From Victivallales bacterium (lineage in GTDB: Bacteria > Verrucomicrobiota > Lentisphaeria > Victivallales > UBA1829), in contig JAZNVL010000060.1 of NCBI GenBank assembly GCA_045592785.1, positions 2,045-66,044 on the forward strand: 64,000 bases of DNA, in the 5' to 3' direction. The notes under the pieces are model-generated. The model was not told the DNA's origin. It was given only the letters and a program-made list of their open reading frames with translations, and did no database searches. The translations under genes were made by a program, and so were the position numbers. Shown piece by piece: positions 8,838 through 17,239 of the stretch. Each line of letters begins with the position of its first letter. The first letter of the stretch is position 1.

Positions 8838-10828
8838 TCCTCCTTGGCTTCGAGACCGGGGATTTTTTTCAGGGCTGCGCCGAATTTACAATAGTTGACT
8901 TTTACGCCGTCGTCAAGGTCAATGGCGATCTTTTGCTGTGCCAGAGGGAAGATGACATCACGCTCGTAGTCTTCCAGTTCGGCGAGCTGAGCGGTGTATT
9001 TGTCGATCTGCTTCAAATTCCGGGTCTTATCGGCGTTGTTGATGTCGGTACGGTTGTTTTCTTCAATGAGGTGTTTGATGCGGGTGCTGATCTTGGTCAT
9101 CAACTCCCGGAGATATTCATTGAGAACGATGCTGACGGTATCAGGCGTGTAGCGGTGCAGATAGATCAGGGCATTGAAAGAACCTTTCGGAGAACTGAAA
9201 AGCCAGTAGATGGGGCGTTTTTTGTACCGTTGGATGTGTTCTTTGTAGAAATCCTTGACAAAGTATTTGCGGATATCTTTACCCAGCACCGCTTCAATAA
9301 AGTCCATATTGGCAGTGAGGTTTTCTTCTCCAAAGGTCAACGCAACAAAAGCTTTGAATTGAGTTACGATATCATCAAAGAACCATTCTTCATCCAGTAT
9401 CGGCAATATGCCATCCCGATCCATAATAAAGTGTTTATTCTCTCCGATAACGGGATAGAAAGAGGCATAAGACGATGTTAATTGCTGCTGTCCGTCATTC
9501 GCAGAAAATGAAACCATTGCTGGATCCTGCGAAAAAATATTTGAGCCAGTCACAGTTGTTTCATAGATAATCAGGTCTTCTTCCTGACCGTTGGATTGAT
9601 TGGCAAGGATCAAGCCTGATTTTTCAGGCGAGTATCTCCCCATCAAACAACCAACAGCGTAGGAGATGAATTCTTTGATCGTATCTGAAAGCAGCCTGTC
9701 TTCCAACTCTTTATTGTAAGGAAAATTCGCAGACAATACCGGATATGCTTCTGTGGTAGCAATACCATTGGAAGAACATTCGCAAATACTGTAAACATTG
9801 TCAATAACCTGCAACTGAGATTTTTCTCCTGTAACAGCTGAAATGTGCGAAATTGTAGATGTACTGGATTTATCAAGCGTTTTGCCATATCTGTACCACG
9901 GATTACAAGTCAATGTGATTTCATCCCAAGGCACGTCAGAAGTCAATTCATCCTGTAATCCATAAGCATCTATAAAAATGCGATTATTGCTCATTTCAAG
10001 CTGACGCATCTTTTCACAATCTTCAGTCCATTTTCTGCGGACTGAATCGTAAATACTCCAAATCGGAGTCTGTTTTACCCAACGGTCGCTATTATACTCT
10101 GCGATCAATGGATTTTTCTGAAAATCCCAAGAAGTTTCATAAGAATCCCAATTGTTTTTAGAAGATTTTACGCATTTTTCAGCATTACTTCCCGCGAAAT
10201 CAGCTACAGAGTCGCAAACAGGCAATCTTCCAACAACATCAGCACCAGTATTTATTGTTGGATTAATTGTTTCCAATGCGTAGTTAAATACTTTGGTGCT
10301 CATATAGGCAAGGTATTTCATCATTTCATTTGCATTATGTGGGAAAAGACTTGCTGCAGCATGATCAAATAAAAAACCTTTTCCATAATATCTGCAATGA
10401 AATTTTCCCGATGTAATAGCAGACCAACTTATTGCCGGACGGTAATATAAATCAATATATGTTGTCCTCGGGCGATGAAATAACGCAGATAGCCGCCATT
10501 TTATAATGTACTCGTTATCCCCATACCAACGTCTGAAATCGCCACCTTTTTTACAAGGGACATATTGTTTGTCTGATTTTTCAAACTCTTGGTTATTCGC
10601 AAAATTAAAAGCAATCTCTGAGCAATCGACCTCATACCAATAACGCATAAAGCGATCATTGTCTCCTGTCGATAATCCAGAACGGATTATTGCTAAATTT
10701 TCAAACTTTTTATTATTTGCAAAGCAATTTGTCAACTTTTCTGCCCAATACGCAATCGGGCTGCCGGGGATTTTCTTAAAATCCTCAGCAGACACGCGGA
10801 AAAAGTTTTTCGATTTATCTTTAGTCAT
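8834..10828 (-). CDS. pglX: PglX C-terminal half as a separate ORF
   Basis: Starts MTKDKSKNFFRVSAEDFKKIPGSPIAYW...GLSTGDNDRFMRYWYEV. In full-length PglX/Eco57I-like methyltransferases this segment directly follows the methyltransferase lobe. No methyltransferase motifs are present in this ORF. Its ATG overlaps the upstream stop (ATGA). Confidence 0.85.
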   Translation of the reverse strand: MTKDKSKNFFRVSAEDFKKIPGSPIAYWAEKLTNCFANNKKFENLAIIRSGLSTGDNDRFMRYWYEVDCSEIAFNFANNQEFEKSDKQYVPCKKGGDFRRWYGDNEYIIKWRLSALFHRPRTTYIDLYYRPAISWSAITSGKFHCRYYGKGFLFDHAAASLFPHNANEMMKYLAYMSTKVFNYALETINPTINTGADVVGRLPVCDSVADFAGSNAEKCVKSSKNNWDSYETSWDFQKNPLIAEYNSDRWVKQTPIWSIYDSVRRKWTEDCEKMRQLEMSNNRIFIDAYGLQDELTSDVPWDEITLTCNPWYRYGKTLDKSSTSTISHISAVTGEKSQLQVIDNVYSICECSSNGIATTEAYPVLSANFPYNKELEDRLLSDTIKEFISYAVGCLMGRYSPEKSGLILANQSNGQEEDLIIYETTVTGSNIFSQDPAMVSFSANDGQQQLTSSYASFYPVIGENKHFIMDRDGILPILDEEWFFDDIVTQFKAFVALTFGEENLTANMDFIEAVLGKDIRKYFVKDFYKEHIQRYKKRPIYWLFSSPKGSFNALIYLHRYTPDTVSIVLNEYLRELMTKISTRIKHLIEENNRTDINNADKTRNLKQIDKYTAQLAELEDYERDVIFPLAQQKIAIDLDDGVKVNYCKFGAALKKIPGLEAKEE
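10783..10828. repeat. Direct repeat copy 1 (functional 5' end of pglX(C))
   Basis: cctcagcagacacgcggaaaaagtttttcgatttatctttagtcat. On the minus strand it encodes MTKDKSKNFFRVSAE. Confidence 0.9.
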
Positions 10829-11853
10829 TTTAAATTACCCTCAGAAATATTTTTATTGATCCAAACAGGGGTATCTGAATACGTAATAGTTTGAGTCTCT
10901 CCATCTATGGATATGTTCTCTATTTCATGAAGAGATACTGAACTCGTATGGTTGCATTTGGAAATAATAGAAGCAACTTTTATCATGTCTGATAATGTGA
11001 TTTTTTTAGGTGGCATGATATCATATAAGTCTTTTCCTGCTCTTGTCAGACGATGCCCAGTTAAAACAATATCATACTTAGATACAATTTTTAAAACATA
11101 ACCTGTTCTGATAAAAAAGATGATATTATTTGAATTTTCAGCTTTTTTACATTGCCTTTCGGCTTTTTGAGGATTGATCAACTCCGCATCTTGTAAAGTC
11201 AAAATATCACTGAACGTACCAGTGGCAGGCTCATCTTCTGCGTTTGTCAACAAAAAGCCTTCACTAATACCAATATTCAATTTTTCAAATAATTGCGCTT
11301 CTTCCCGAGATAATTTCTTCGCCACTTCCAAGGTACGTGGCGAGATGGAATGCGGCTTTTTTGTTTCTTCAACCAACAAATGAGCCCACCATTGCCGCAA
11401 ATCATCATCGTCGATCAACTCAGCTTCAGCCCGCCAGCGATTGAAAAAGGTTTGGTTTATAGGATCTGAAGATATGTTTTCTTCCGGAATTTGTTTTATT
11501 TCAACGCCTGCCGTAAAAATTGCAGCAGCCAAACGTTTTGCTTTCAATATGGAATCTACATTTACAATTTCCCGGCAAAGCATGTCAATACTTGACACTT
11601 CTGGCAAAGAAATCATTTTTTTTGCCGCAATATCGTACCTTGAGATGCCATCTTTAATTTCAGAAGCATCCCTTTCTGCTTGTGCTTCAATTCGTTTAGC
11701 TTCTCCGATCCTTTTTTCAACCAAAGGACCATAAGCTGCATAAAGGATTTTTCCAAATCCCTTATGCGTATCTTTGGTCATCTCGGTAATATCTTCCGCA
11801 GGCTTAGTCAAATCAGCATTGATATCTATTTTAACAGGCGAAATATCACACAT
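10825..11853 (-). CDS. Abi-alpha / DUF2806-DUF4393-like protein (candidate abortive-infection component)
   Basis: The central segment FFNRWRAEAELIDDDDLRQWWAHLLVEETKKPHSISPRTLEVAKKLSREEAQLFEKL matches the pattern I recall for these families (...W..f...a..vsd..mq.lWa.iLa.E...p.s.S.rTl..l..Ls..eA.lF..l). The gene is AT-rich and is flanked by the 46-bp direct repeat. Confidence 0.55.
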   Translation of the reverse strand: MCDISPVKIDINADLTKPAEDITEMTKDTHKGFGKILYAAYGPLVEKRIGEAKRIEAQAERDASEIKDGISRYDIAAKKMISLPEVSSIDMLCREIVNVDSILKAKRLAAAIFTAGVEIKQIPEENISSDPINQTFFNRWRAEAELIDDDDLRQWWAHLLVEETKKPHSISPRTLEVAKKLSREEAQLFEKLNIGISEGFLLTNAEDEPATGTFSDILTLQDAELINPQKAERQCKKAENSNNIIFFIRTGYVLKIVSKYDIVLTGHRLTRAGKDLYDIMPPKKITLSDMIKVASIISKCNHTSSVSLHEIENISIDGETQTITYSDTPVWINKNISEGNLK

Positions 11854-11905
11854 TTTTAGCCTCCGCCGACACCCGGAAAAAGTTTTTCGATTTATCTGTG
11901 GTCAT
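11846..11905 (-). other. 19-codon relic ORF (MTTDKSKNFFRVSAEAKNV*) bridging the 343-aa gene and the Abi-alpha-like gene
   Basis: Its ATG overlaps the upstream stop (ATGA at 11902-11905). Its TGA (11846-11848) lies 3 nt inside the next gene, whose ATG is at 11851-11853. The relic therefore preserves translational coupling. Confidence 0.6.
11860..11905. repeat. Direct repeat copy 2 (orphan duplicate of the pglX(C) 5' end)
   Basis: cctccgccgacacccggaaaaagtttttcgatttatctgtggtcat. 41 of 46 nt are identical to copy 1. On the minus strand it encodes MTTDKSKNFFRVSAE. Confidence 0.9.
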
Positions 11906-12933
11906 TGTTGTTCCTCGCGAATTTCAACATTGTATGCGACTCCGAATTTCGGAGGTTCATTATTAACTTCCTTTTTCTCAACGAGCGGTTCCCATTCAAA
12001 TATACTTTGCTGCCACATTACATCCGGAGCTGAAATTTTATTCTCGCTTATCCATAATGCAACATCCCTATAAATCAAATGTGAAATTCTAGAGGCCTTT
12101 GATAATATTTGTAATATTATCCCATTGAGTGAAAAGAGAATGAAAGGAAGCTTGTCTTTATTCAAGTATATTTCATTAACTTTTTTTCGCAATTCATCTT
12201 TTTTAATATTTTGAGGACCATGCAAAATAAGAGTTCCGTATTGAAAAATTTCTATAAGTTCTTTGTTCGTTGTTGCAAAATTTTGTGTAATTGATTGATT
12301 TGGAGCTTCCTGTAAAAAATCATTTATCTCCCGCACCTTATTCTTTAAAAAATCTTGCTTTTCAGAATTTGATGAATGTTTCTTAAATATATTGACTGCA
12401 TTTTTTATCATATTGTCATGATCGTCTATCAGTTGCCGAATATATAACAAGGCAAAAGCGGTCAGTTCTAATGATGGGAAATCACCGCGAGCCAAACCGT
12501 CTCCATTCATATTGTACTGAAGTATCGGTTTGTTTTTGTACCATGAACTATTTTGAATAACTTGTACAAGTTGGATAAAATGTGCAATGATATCAGATTC
12601 CTGTTGCGTCATATCTTTTCCAGTAGCATCTTGCTTATATGGATTGTTTAGATTATATATGTACTCCTCCATAGTAATCATTCTTTCCATATATCCGTCT
12701 TCATAGCAACGAAAAAGCTGCCCATTTTTATCTTTCAAAATAATACAATGCATTGCTTCACAATAAGAAATCAACGAATCCGGAGAACCATTTTCATCAT
12801 ATAACACTGCAAATTCATATCCATCTGGAATAGTAAATTTTTCTTGCATTAAGGTTTTCCATGTATCAATGCGTTCGCAACTGTTATCATTTTGCTTTTT
12901 ATATTCCTCTTCAGAAGATATATTGATATTCAT
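11902..12933 (-). CDS. Hypothetical protein, 343 aa, no domain recognised
   Basis: Long AT-rich ORF with 4-nt overlaps to neighbours on both sides. I recognise no motif. Confidence 0.6.
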   Translation of the reverse strand: MNINISSEEEYKKQNDNSCERIDTWKTLMQEKFTIPDGYEFAVLYDENGSPDSLISYCEAMHCIILKDKNGQLFRCYEDGYMERMITMEEYIYNLNNPYKQDATGKDMTQQESDIIAHFIQLVQVIQNSSWYKNKPILQYNMNGDGLARGDFPSLELTAFALLYIRQLIDDHDNMIKNAVNIFKKHSSNSEKQDFLKNKVREINDFLQEAPNQSITQNFATTNKELIEIFQYGTLILHGPQNIKKDELRKKVNEIYLNKDKLPFILFSLNGIILQILSKASRISHLIYRDVALWISENKISAPDVMWQQSIFEWEPLVEKKEVNNEPPKFGVAYNVEIREEQQ

Positions 12934-14228
12934 TTTCTATTCCCCTGCTCTTTACCTGATGATAAAAAGTTCTTCCTTAAGGCGATTTCTAATTCTTCGA
13001 TTTGCTTTTTCAAAGCAGCAATTTCAGCATAAAGTTTTTGTTTTTCCAGTGCGAATCCAGCAGTGGCAGCATTATATTTCTTTTCCAATCCGGAAAGAGT
13101 ATCCTGTGCTTTTTTCAAATCTGCCTGCAAGCGGTTTGTTTTCTGCATAAGTTTTACATCATCTTGTGAAACTATGGTACCTTTTTCTAATGCGACTTTC
13201 ACATTACTTGATTTTTCTATATGAATTTTAGGGGAACAAAAAGATTTGTTTTGCAAAATTTCAATAATTTTTTCATGGTTATCGGTACAATAATCAAAAA
13301 TTGCAAGTCCAATTTGTACAATAACACCAACAAAGGCAATACCAATCGCAACATATGACAAATTCGTATTTTTCTTGGCGTCAACTTTAGATGCTTTAAA
13401 ATTATTTTGAGATGCGGTAAGTAACTCATTTACCGTATTGCCATTTTTTTCTGCAGTTCTTACTTGTTCCGCAATTTTGTCATTGTTTTCTTTAGCTTTA
13501 TCTACCAATTTTTCAATATTTTTCTGCGTCAATTGAGACGCATTGAGCAACTTACCTGCATTTTCATCAAATTTAGCTAAAAACATAGACAATGTAGCAT
13601 TAATATCAGAAGTGTCTTGCTGTATCTTAGAAAAAGCAATCTCATCCGCCTTTAGTTCCGTTTTTTTCCGTAATTCACGAAAAGCTTCTTGTTCTTCCGG
13701 TTCATTCTTCTTTATTTTTTCTGCAGTTTCTTTCAATTCCTTCAAATCATGCCGGAGAACATTGTCTTCTTCATTTTCTTCTACAGAACTTGAATTGGAA
13801 AACTCTTGTTCAGCATTGATGGCCTCTTGAATATTCTTTTGATAATCTATAACCGTACTAGACAATGCGGCGTTGCATAATGCATCTCCCATTCTTTTGT
13901 ATGCAGCTATCGTCTCTTGCATCACATGGGGAGCTGCAAGAACTTTATTTACTTGTTGTTGAATTTTAGAATAATTTTGAAACAACTTTTGACGGATTTC
14001 ACTATCAACGGCACTAAGCAAGTTACAAGAGTTTTTTAATTTTTCATTCAAGCTGATTACTGCTTTTATTGCCTCTGGATTCCTTATTTGTTCCAACTTG
14101 GCTTGCATATTAGTTTTTTCACGGTAAAGGTTATGCAATGGATTATTATTGATTTTAAGGCTAGTCATACTTTTTTTATTCTCTTTTTGAGAAGAGGATT
14201 CTGTGTTTTTTTTATTTTCTTCACTCAT
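12930..14228 (-). CDS. Membrane-anchored coiled-coil protein, 432 aa
   Basis: One hydrophobic helix (LSYVAIGIAFVGVIVQIGLAIF), flanked by long K/E/Q-rich heptad-like stretches, e.g. the C-terminal LQADLKKAQDTLSGLEKKYN...AEIAALKKQIEELEIAL. A GGAAG lies upstream of the ATG. Confidence 0.6.
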   Translation of the reverse strand: MSEENKKNTESSSQKENKKSMTSLKINNNPLHNLYREKTNMQAKLEQIRNPEAIKAVISLNEKLKNSCNLLSAVDSEIRQKLFQNYSKIQQQVNKVLAAPHVMQETIAAYKRMGDALCNAALSSTVIDYQKNIQEAINAEQEFSNSSSVEENEEDNVLRHDLKELKETAEKIKKNEPEEQEAFRELRKKTELKADEIAFSKIQQDTSDINATLSMFLAKFDENAGKLLNASQLTQKNIEKLVDKAKENNDKIAEQVRTAEKNGNTVNELLTASQNNFKASKVDAKKNTNLSYVAIGIAFVGVIVQIGLAIFDYCTDNHEKIIEILQNKSFCSPKIHIEKSSNVKVALEKGTIVSQDDVKLMQKTNRLQADLKKAQDTLSGLEKKYNAATAGFALEKQKLYAEIAALKKQIEELEIALRKNFLSSGKEQGNRK

Positions 14229-14243
14229 TGTGTTGCTTCCTGA

Positions 14244-15287
14244 TTATGATTTTTTTATGACAGCGGTCTCTTTTGCTAACTCGGTTTCCAATTGCTCAAT
14301 TGATGGAAGAGATGATTTCAGATTTTCTGGAATAGATCGGGTCAATTCGTACTCTGAAATCCCGATTGGTTTATGAATATCCTGCAACGCATATTCTGCA
14401 ACAACTTTGTCTTTTGTCTTACAGAGTAAAAGTCCTATTGTCGGAGCATCCTGTTCACTCTTCAATTGACGATCAACTGCTGTTACATAAAAACTCAGTT
14501 GCCCGATATGCTCAGGCTTGAATGCCGCTGTTTTTAATTCAATAACAATGTAACAATGTAATTTGATATGATAGAACAGTAAATCTACATAAAAGTCTTG
14601 CTCTCCAACTTCTAAATGTACCTGTTTTCCTACAAAAGCAAAACCATCCCCCAATTCCAACAGAAAATTTGTTACATGTTGAACCAGAGCATGTTCAATA
14701 TCCCGTTCCTGAGCTTCCTGTCCTAATCCGAGAAAATCAAGTTTATATGGATCTTTCAAACACTCTATTGCCAAATCCGATTGTGGCGCAGGTAAGGTCA
14801 TAGAAAAATTGTTGGCTGCCTGTCCGATCCTTTTTGCCGTATCAAGTTCAATGTGGTGAACCATTGCATTGCGCGACCAACCATTTTTTACAGCAAGGCT
14901 CGCATATACAAGACGTTCTGATTTTTTAGAAAGTTTATCAAGTAAAGTTACCTGGTGATACCATGGCAATTGTCCAAGCGGCTCTTGGACAATTTCTGCT
15001 TCCGTCCAAGCCGCAGCAAATCCTCTCATATACATGAGGTTCGCCCGCGAAAAACCTTTCATTTCCGGAAAGGCGGTCCGCAAATCGTCTGCAAGGCGTG
15101 TAATTACTTTTGCGCCCCATCCTTGCATCTTTTGCCGTTCTAAAATTTCATGTCCAATTTGCCAATACAAACGGATAAGTTCAAGATTTACCGCTCGGGC
15201 TGCCTGTAGTTGAGTATTGGCAATTCGCTGTTTTAAATCGGATAACCATTGACTGTAATCTGAACTGATAAAATTAAAATCTTTCAT
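14244..15287 (-). CDS. DUF1016 / YhcG-like PDDEXK nuclease
   Basis: Family-typical N-terminus: ...LKQRIANTQLQAARAVNLELIRLYWQIGHEI. PD-(D/E)xK core: FYVDLLFYHIKLHCYIVIELK. Its ATG overlaps the pglX(N) stop. Confidence 0.8.
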   Translation of the reverse strand: MKDFNFISSDYSQWLSDLKQRIANTQLQAARAVNLELIRLYWQIGHEILERQKMQGWGAKVITRLADDLRTAFPEMKGFSRANLMYMRGFAAAWTEAEIVQEPLGQLPWYHQVTLLDKLSKKSERLVYASLAVKNGWSRNAMVHHIELDTAKRIGQAANNFSMTLPAPQSDLAIECLKDPYKLDFLGLGQEAQERDIEHALVQHVTNFLLELGDGFAFVGKQVHLEVGEQDFYVDLLFYHIKLHCYIVIELKTAAFKPEHIGQLSFYVTAVDRQLKSEQDAPTIGLLLCKTKDKVVAEYALQDIHKPIGISEYELTRSIPENLKSSLPSIEQLETELAKETAVIKKS

Positions 15288-17221
15288 CGTACCGCCTCCC
15301 GGAACATTGCGGCTTTTTCGGCTTCGTTGTTGCCGTCAACCAAACGGATGAAGGCTCCTTTGTAATCAGGGATGAGCGTATTGGTCATGGTAAAGGCTGT
15401 GGTCTGTACTACTTCGCCGCCGATGGAGTCAAAACCTCTGGCTCCCAAGTGCGCCATTGACAGAATGGTATTTTCATCCAGCAGTTTTGTCCGCAGTTTT
15501 TCAAAGGAAGAGAGAAACATCCAACTCTGCATAGTGATCATACCAATCGTTCCCTGATGCTGCACCAACTCCAAACACCGTTCAATAAACATGGCAAAGA
15601 GGTCGGATTTACTGTCGGAATAAAATCTTTCTGCAAAGCGTTTCAAGTCTGCATTCATACCTTTGCCGCCCATGTACGGGGGATTGGTCACTACTACATG
15701 GTATTTCTGTGAAAGATAGTCCGCCTGACAAAGCACTTTTTGAAGATTTTTATACTCTGCATCTTCAAAAAGTAAGTGATTAGTGGTTAGTGACCAGTTG
15801 TCAGAAGATTGCGAATAGCGATCAGAAAAGTATTCAGACAAAGCCATAAGTTTTTCGGATGAAAGTTTGGGGTGCAGCAAAGACCCCATGCAATCCGCTT
15901 TATCAAACATATTTATATCATGCAAGAAATCATCTGATTTACATCCAACTTGCTTACACGCTTCCTCAAACTGACCACTAAACACTGACCACTGACCACT
16001 GAAATTCTCCAGCACGCAAATCTGCGGGCGTGGAGAATTTTCTCGCCGCAGGAATCGGCTGTCATATTCTCTGGCTTTCATCGTCAGAGCAAATGCTGCC
16101 AGTTCTCCGGCTCGGGTGTCGATTTCCACTCCATGCAGATTTTTGAGCAATATCAGTGTTGGGATCTTCCGGCGGTCGTAGCCCTCTTCCTCATAAATTT
16201 TGACCAATAGATCAAAGGCATAGGTCAACATGTGTCCAGAACCGCAGCACGGATCGCAGATGCGAATTTCTTCCGGCGAAGAAATTTTTAAGTGGCTAGT
16301 GGCTAGTGTCCAGTGGTCAGATTTTTGCTGATTACCAGCCACTTCCCCATCACTAACCACTGCCCACTGATCACTGCCCACTTTTCCATCACTAGCCACT
16401 GAACACTGATCACTATCCACTGGAATATAGTATTCCATTTCGTCCGCTAACTTGGAGTTGGGGTGGTTGAGCATCCACAACCGTCCCAGAGAATTCTGCA
16501 CCAGATACCGCACGATCCAATCCGGCGTAAACAACTGGGTCGCCGCCGGAATGTCTTCGGTCTTGACGGTTTTGCCCATTACTTCATCTTTTTTTTCGGA
16601 AATATAGAACTGATAGAGCCATCCGATGACTTCCACGCCGTCCGCAGCCACATCTTCGGTAATGGCATCACGGGTCTTCATGAGTATAGAGTTCTCTTTC
16701 ATCAAATCATCGGGTAGCAGCAGCTCCGTATAATCATCGATTTTCTGAAACAGAAACGGCATCACCTTATTATAAGCGTTACACGCCGAAACCAGCAGCA
16801 GCTTATAGGCTTCAGCCTGACCATCTACCGCAGGGATTGAACCATCCAGCAATCCCTTGATACGCGTCCGATATTTGGAGTCGGCTACAAATGTTTCATC
16901 AATATTGCCGCCTTTGGCTTCTTCAAGGATCTCCGGCTGAAAATGCCCCGGCAAGGGCGAAACAATGCGAATGGAGTTATACCCCATCACATCCATAAAA
17001 CGCAATGCACAGAACCGGTTGAACCAAGTGTAAGCGATTTTATCGATCAACGCTTCATCGCCCAAGGCTTTGCGTGTTTTTTCCAATTCTGCCACAGCCT
17101 GCGGCTTTTCACGGCGGGCAGCACTGTTTTCAGCCAGCACCAACGGCAGAAGAGCCTTGACGATCTTCTGCAACTCCCGGCGGGCATCCTGGGCAAATCT
17201 TTTCAACCGATTCGTATCCAT
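15284..17221 (-). CDS. pglX: PglX N-terminal half (N6-adenine methyltransferase lobe) as a separate ORF
   Basis: Motif I: ICDPCCGSGHML. Motif IV: VVTNPPYMGGKGMN. The PglX-like N-terminal helical region (...WFNRFCALRFMD...) is present. The ORF ends just before the segment that pglX(C) begins with. Confidence 0.9.
   Translation of the reverse strand: MDTNRLKRFAQDARRELQKIVKALLPLVLAENSAARREKPQAVAELEKTRKALGDEALIDKIAYTWFNRFCALRFMDVMGYNSIRIVSPLPGHFQPEILEEAKGGNIDETFVADSKYRTRIKGLLDGSIPAVDGQAEAYKLLLVSACNAYNKVMPFLFQKIDDYTELLLPDDLMKENSILMKTRDAITEDVAADGVEVIGWLYQFYISEKKDEVMGKTVKTEDIPAATQLFTPDWIVRYLVQNSLGRLWMLNHPNSKLADEMEYYIPVDSDQCSVASDGKVGSDQWAVVSDGEVAGNQQKSDHWTLATSHLKISSPEEIRICDPCCGSGHMLTYAFDLLVKIYEEEGYDRRKIPTLILLKNLHGVEIDTRAGELAAFALTMKAREYDSRFLRRENSPRPQICVLENFSGQWSVFSGQFEEACKQVGCKSDDFLHDINMFDKADCMGSLLHPKLSSEKLMALSEYFSDRYSQSSDNWSLTTNHLLFEDAEYKNLQKVLCQADYLSQKYHVVVTNPPYMGGKGMNADLKRFAERFYSDSKSDLFAMFIERCLELVQHQGTIGMITMQSWMFLSSFEKLRTKLLDENTILSMAHLGARGFDSIGGEVVQTTAFTMTNTLIPDYKGAFIRLVDGNNEAEKAAMFREAVR
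15775..16001. repeat. Inverted pair of heptamer-periodic patches inside pglX(N)
   Basis: Plus strand 15775-15804: AGTGATT AGTGGTT AGTGACC AGTTGTC AG. Plus strand 15971-16001: CTGACCA CTAAACA CTGACCA CTGACCA CTG. They are translated in frame as SDNWSLTTNHL and SGQWSVFSGQ. Confidence 0.85.
16291..16423. repeat. Second inverted pair of heptamer-periodic patches inside pglX(N), just upstream of motif I
   Basis: Plus strand 16291-16320: AGTGGCT AGTGGCT AGTGTCC AGTGGTC AG. Region 16336-16423 is an array of NNNCCAC-type heptamers containing a 39-nt tandem duplication (VDSDQCSVASDGK / VGSDQWAVVSDGE). AGTGGCTAGTG (16291-16301) is the exact reverse complement of 16390-16400. Confidence 0.85.
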
Positions 17222-17239
17222 AAAAGTTTTATCTCCTTA

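Noticed and set aside
8187-8894. 235-aa plus-strand ORF inside the BREX operon; smaller ones at 8933-9481, 16943-17488, 17738-18418 and 19802-20380
   Set aside because: Antisense to RhuM, PglX and BrxC. They have no start context and no motifs.
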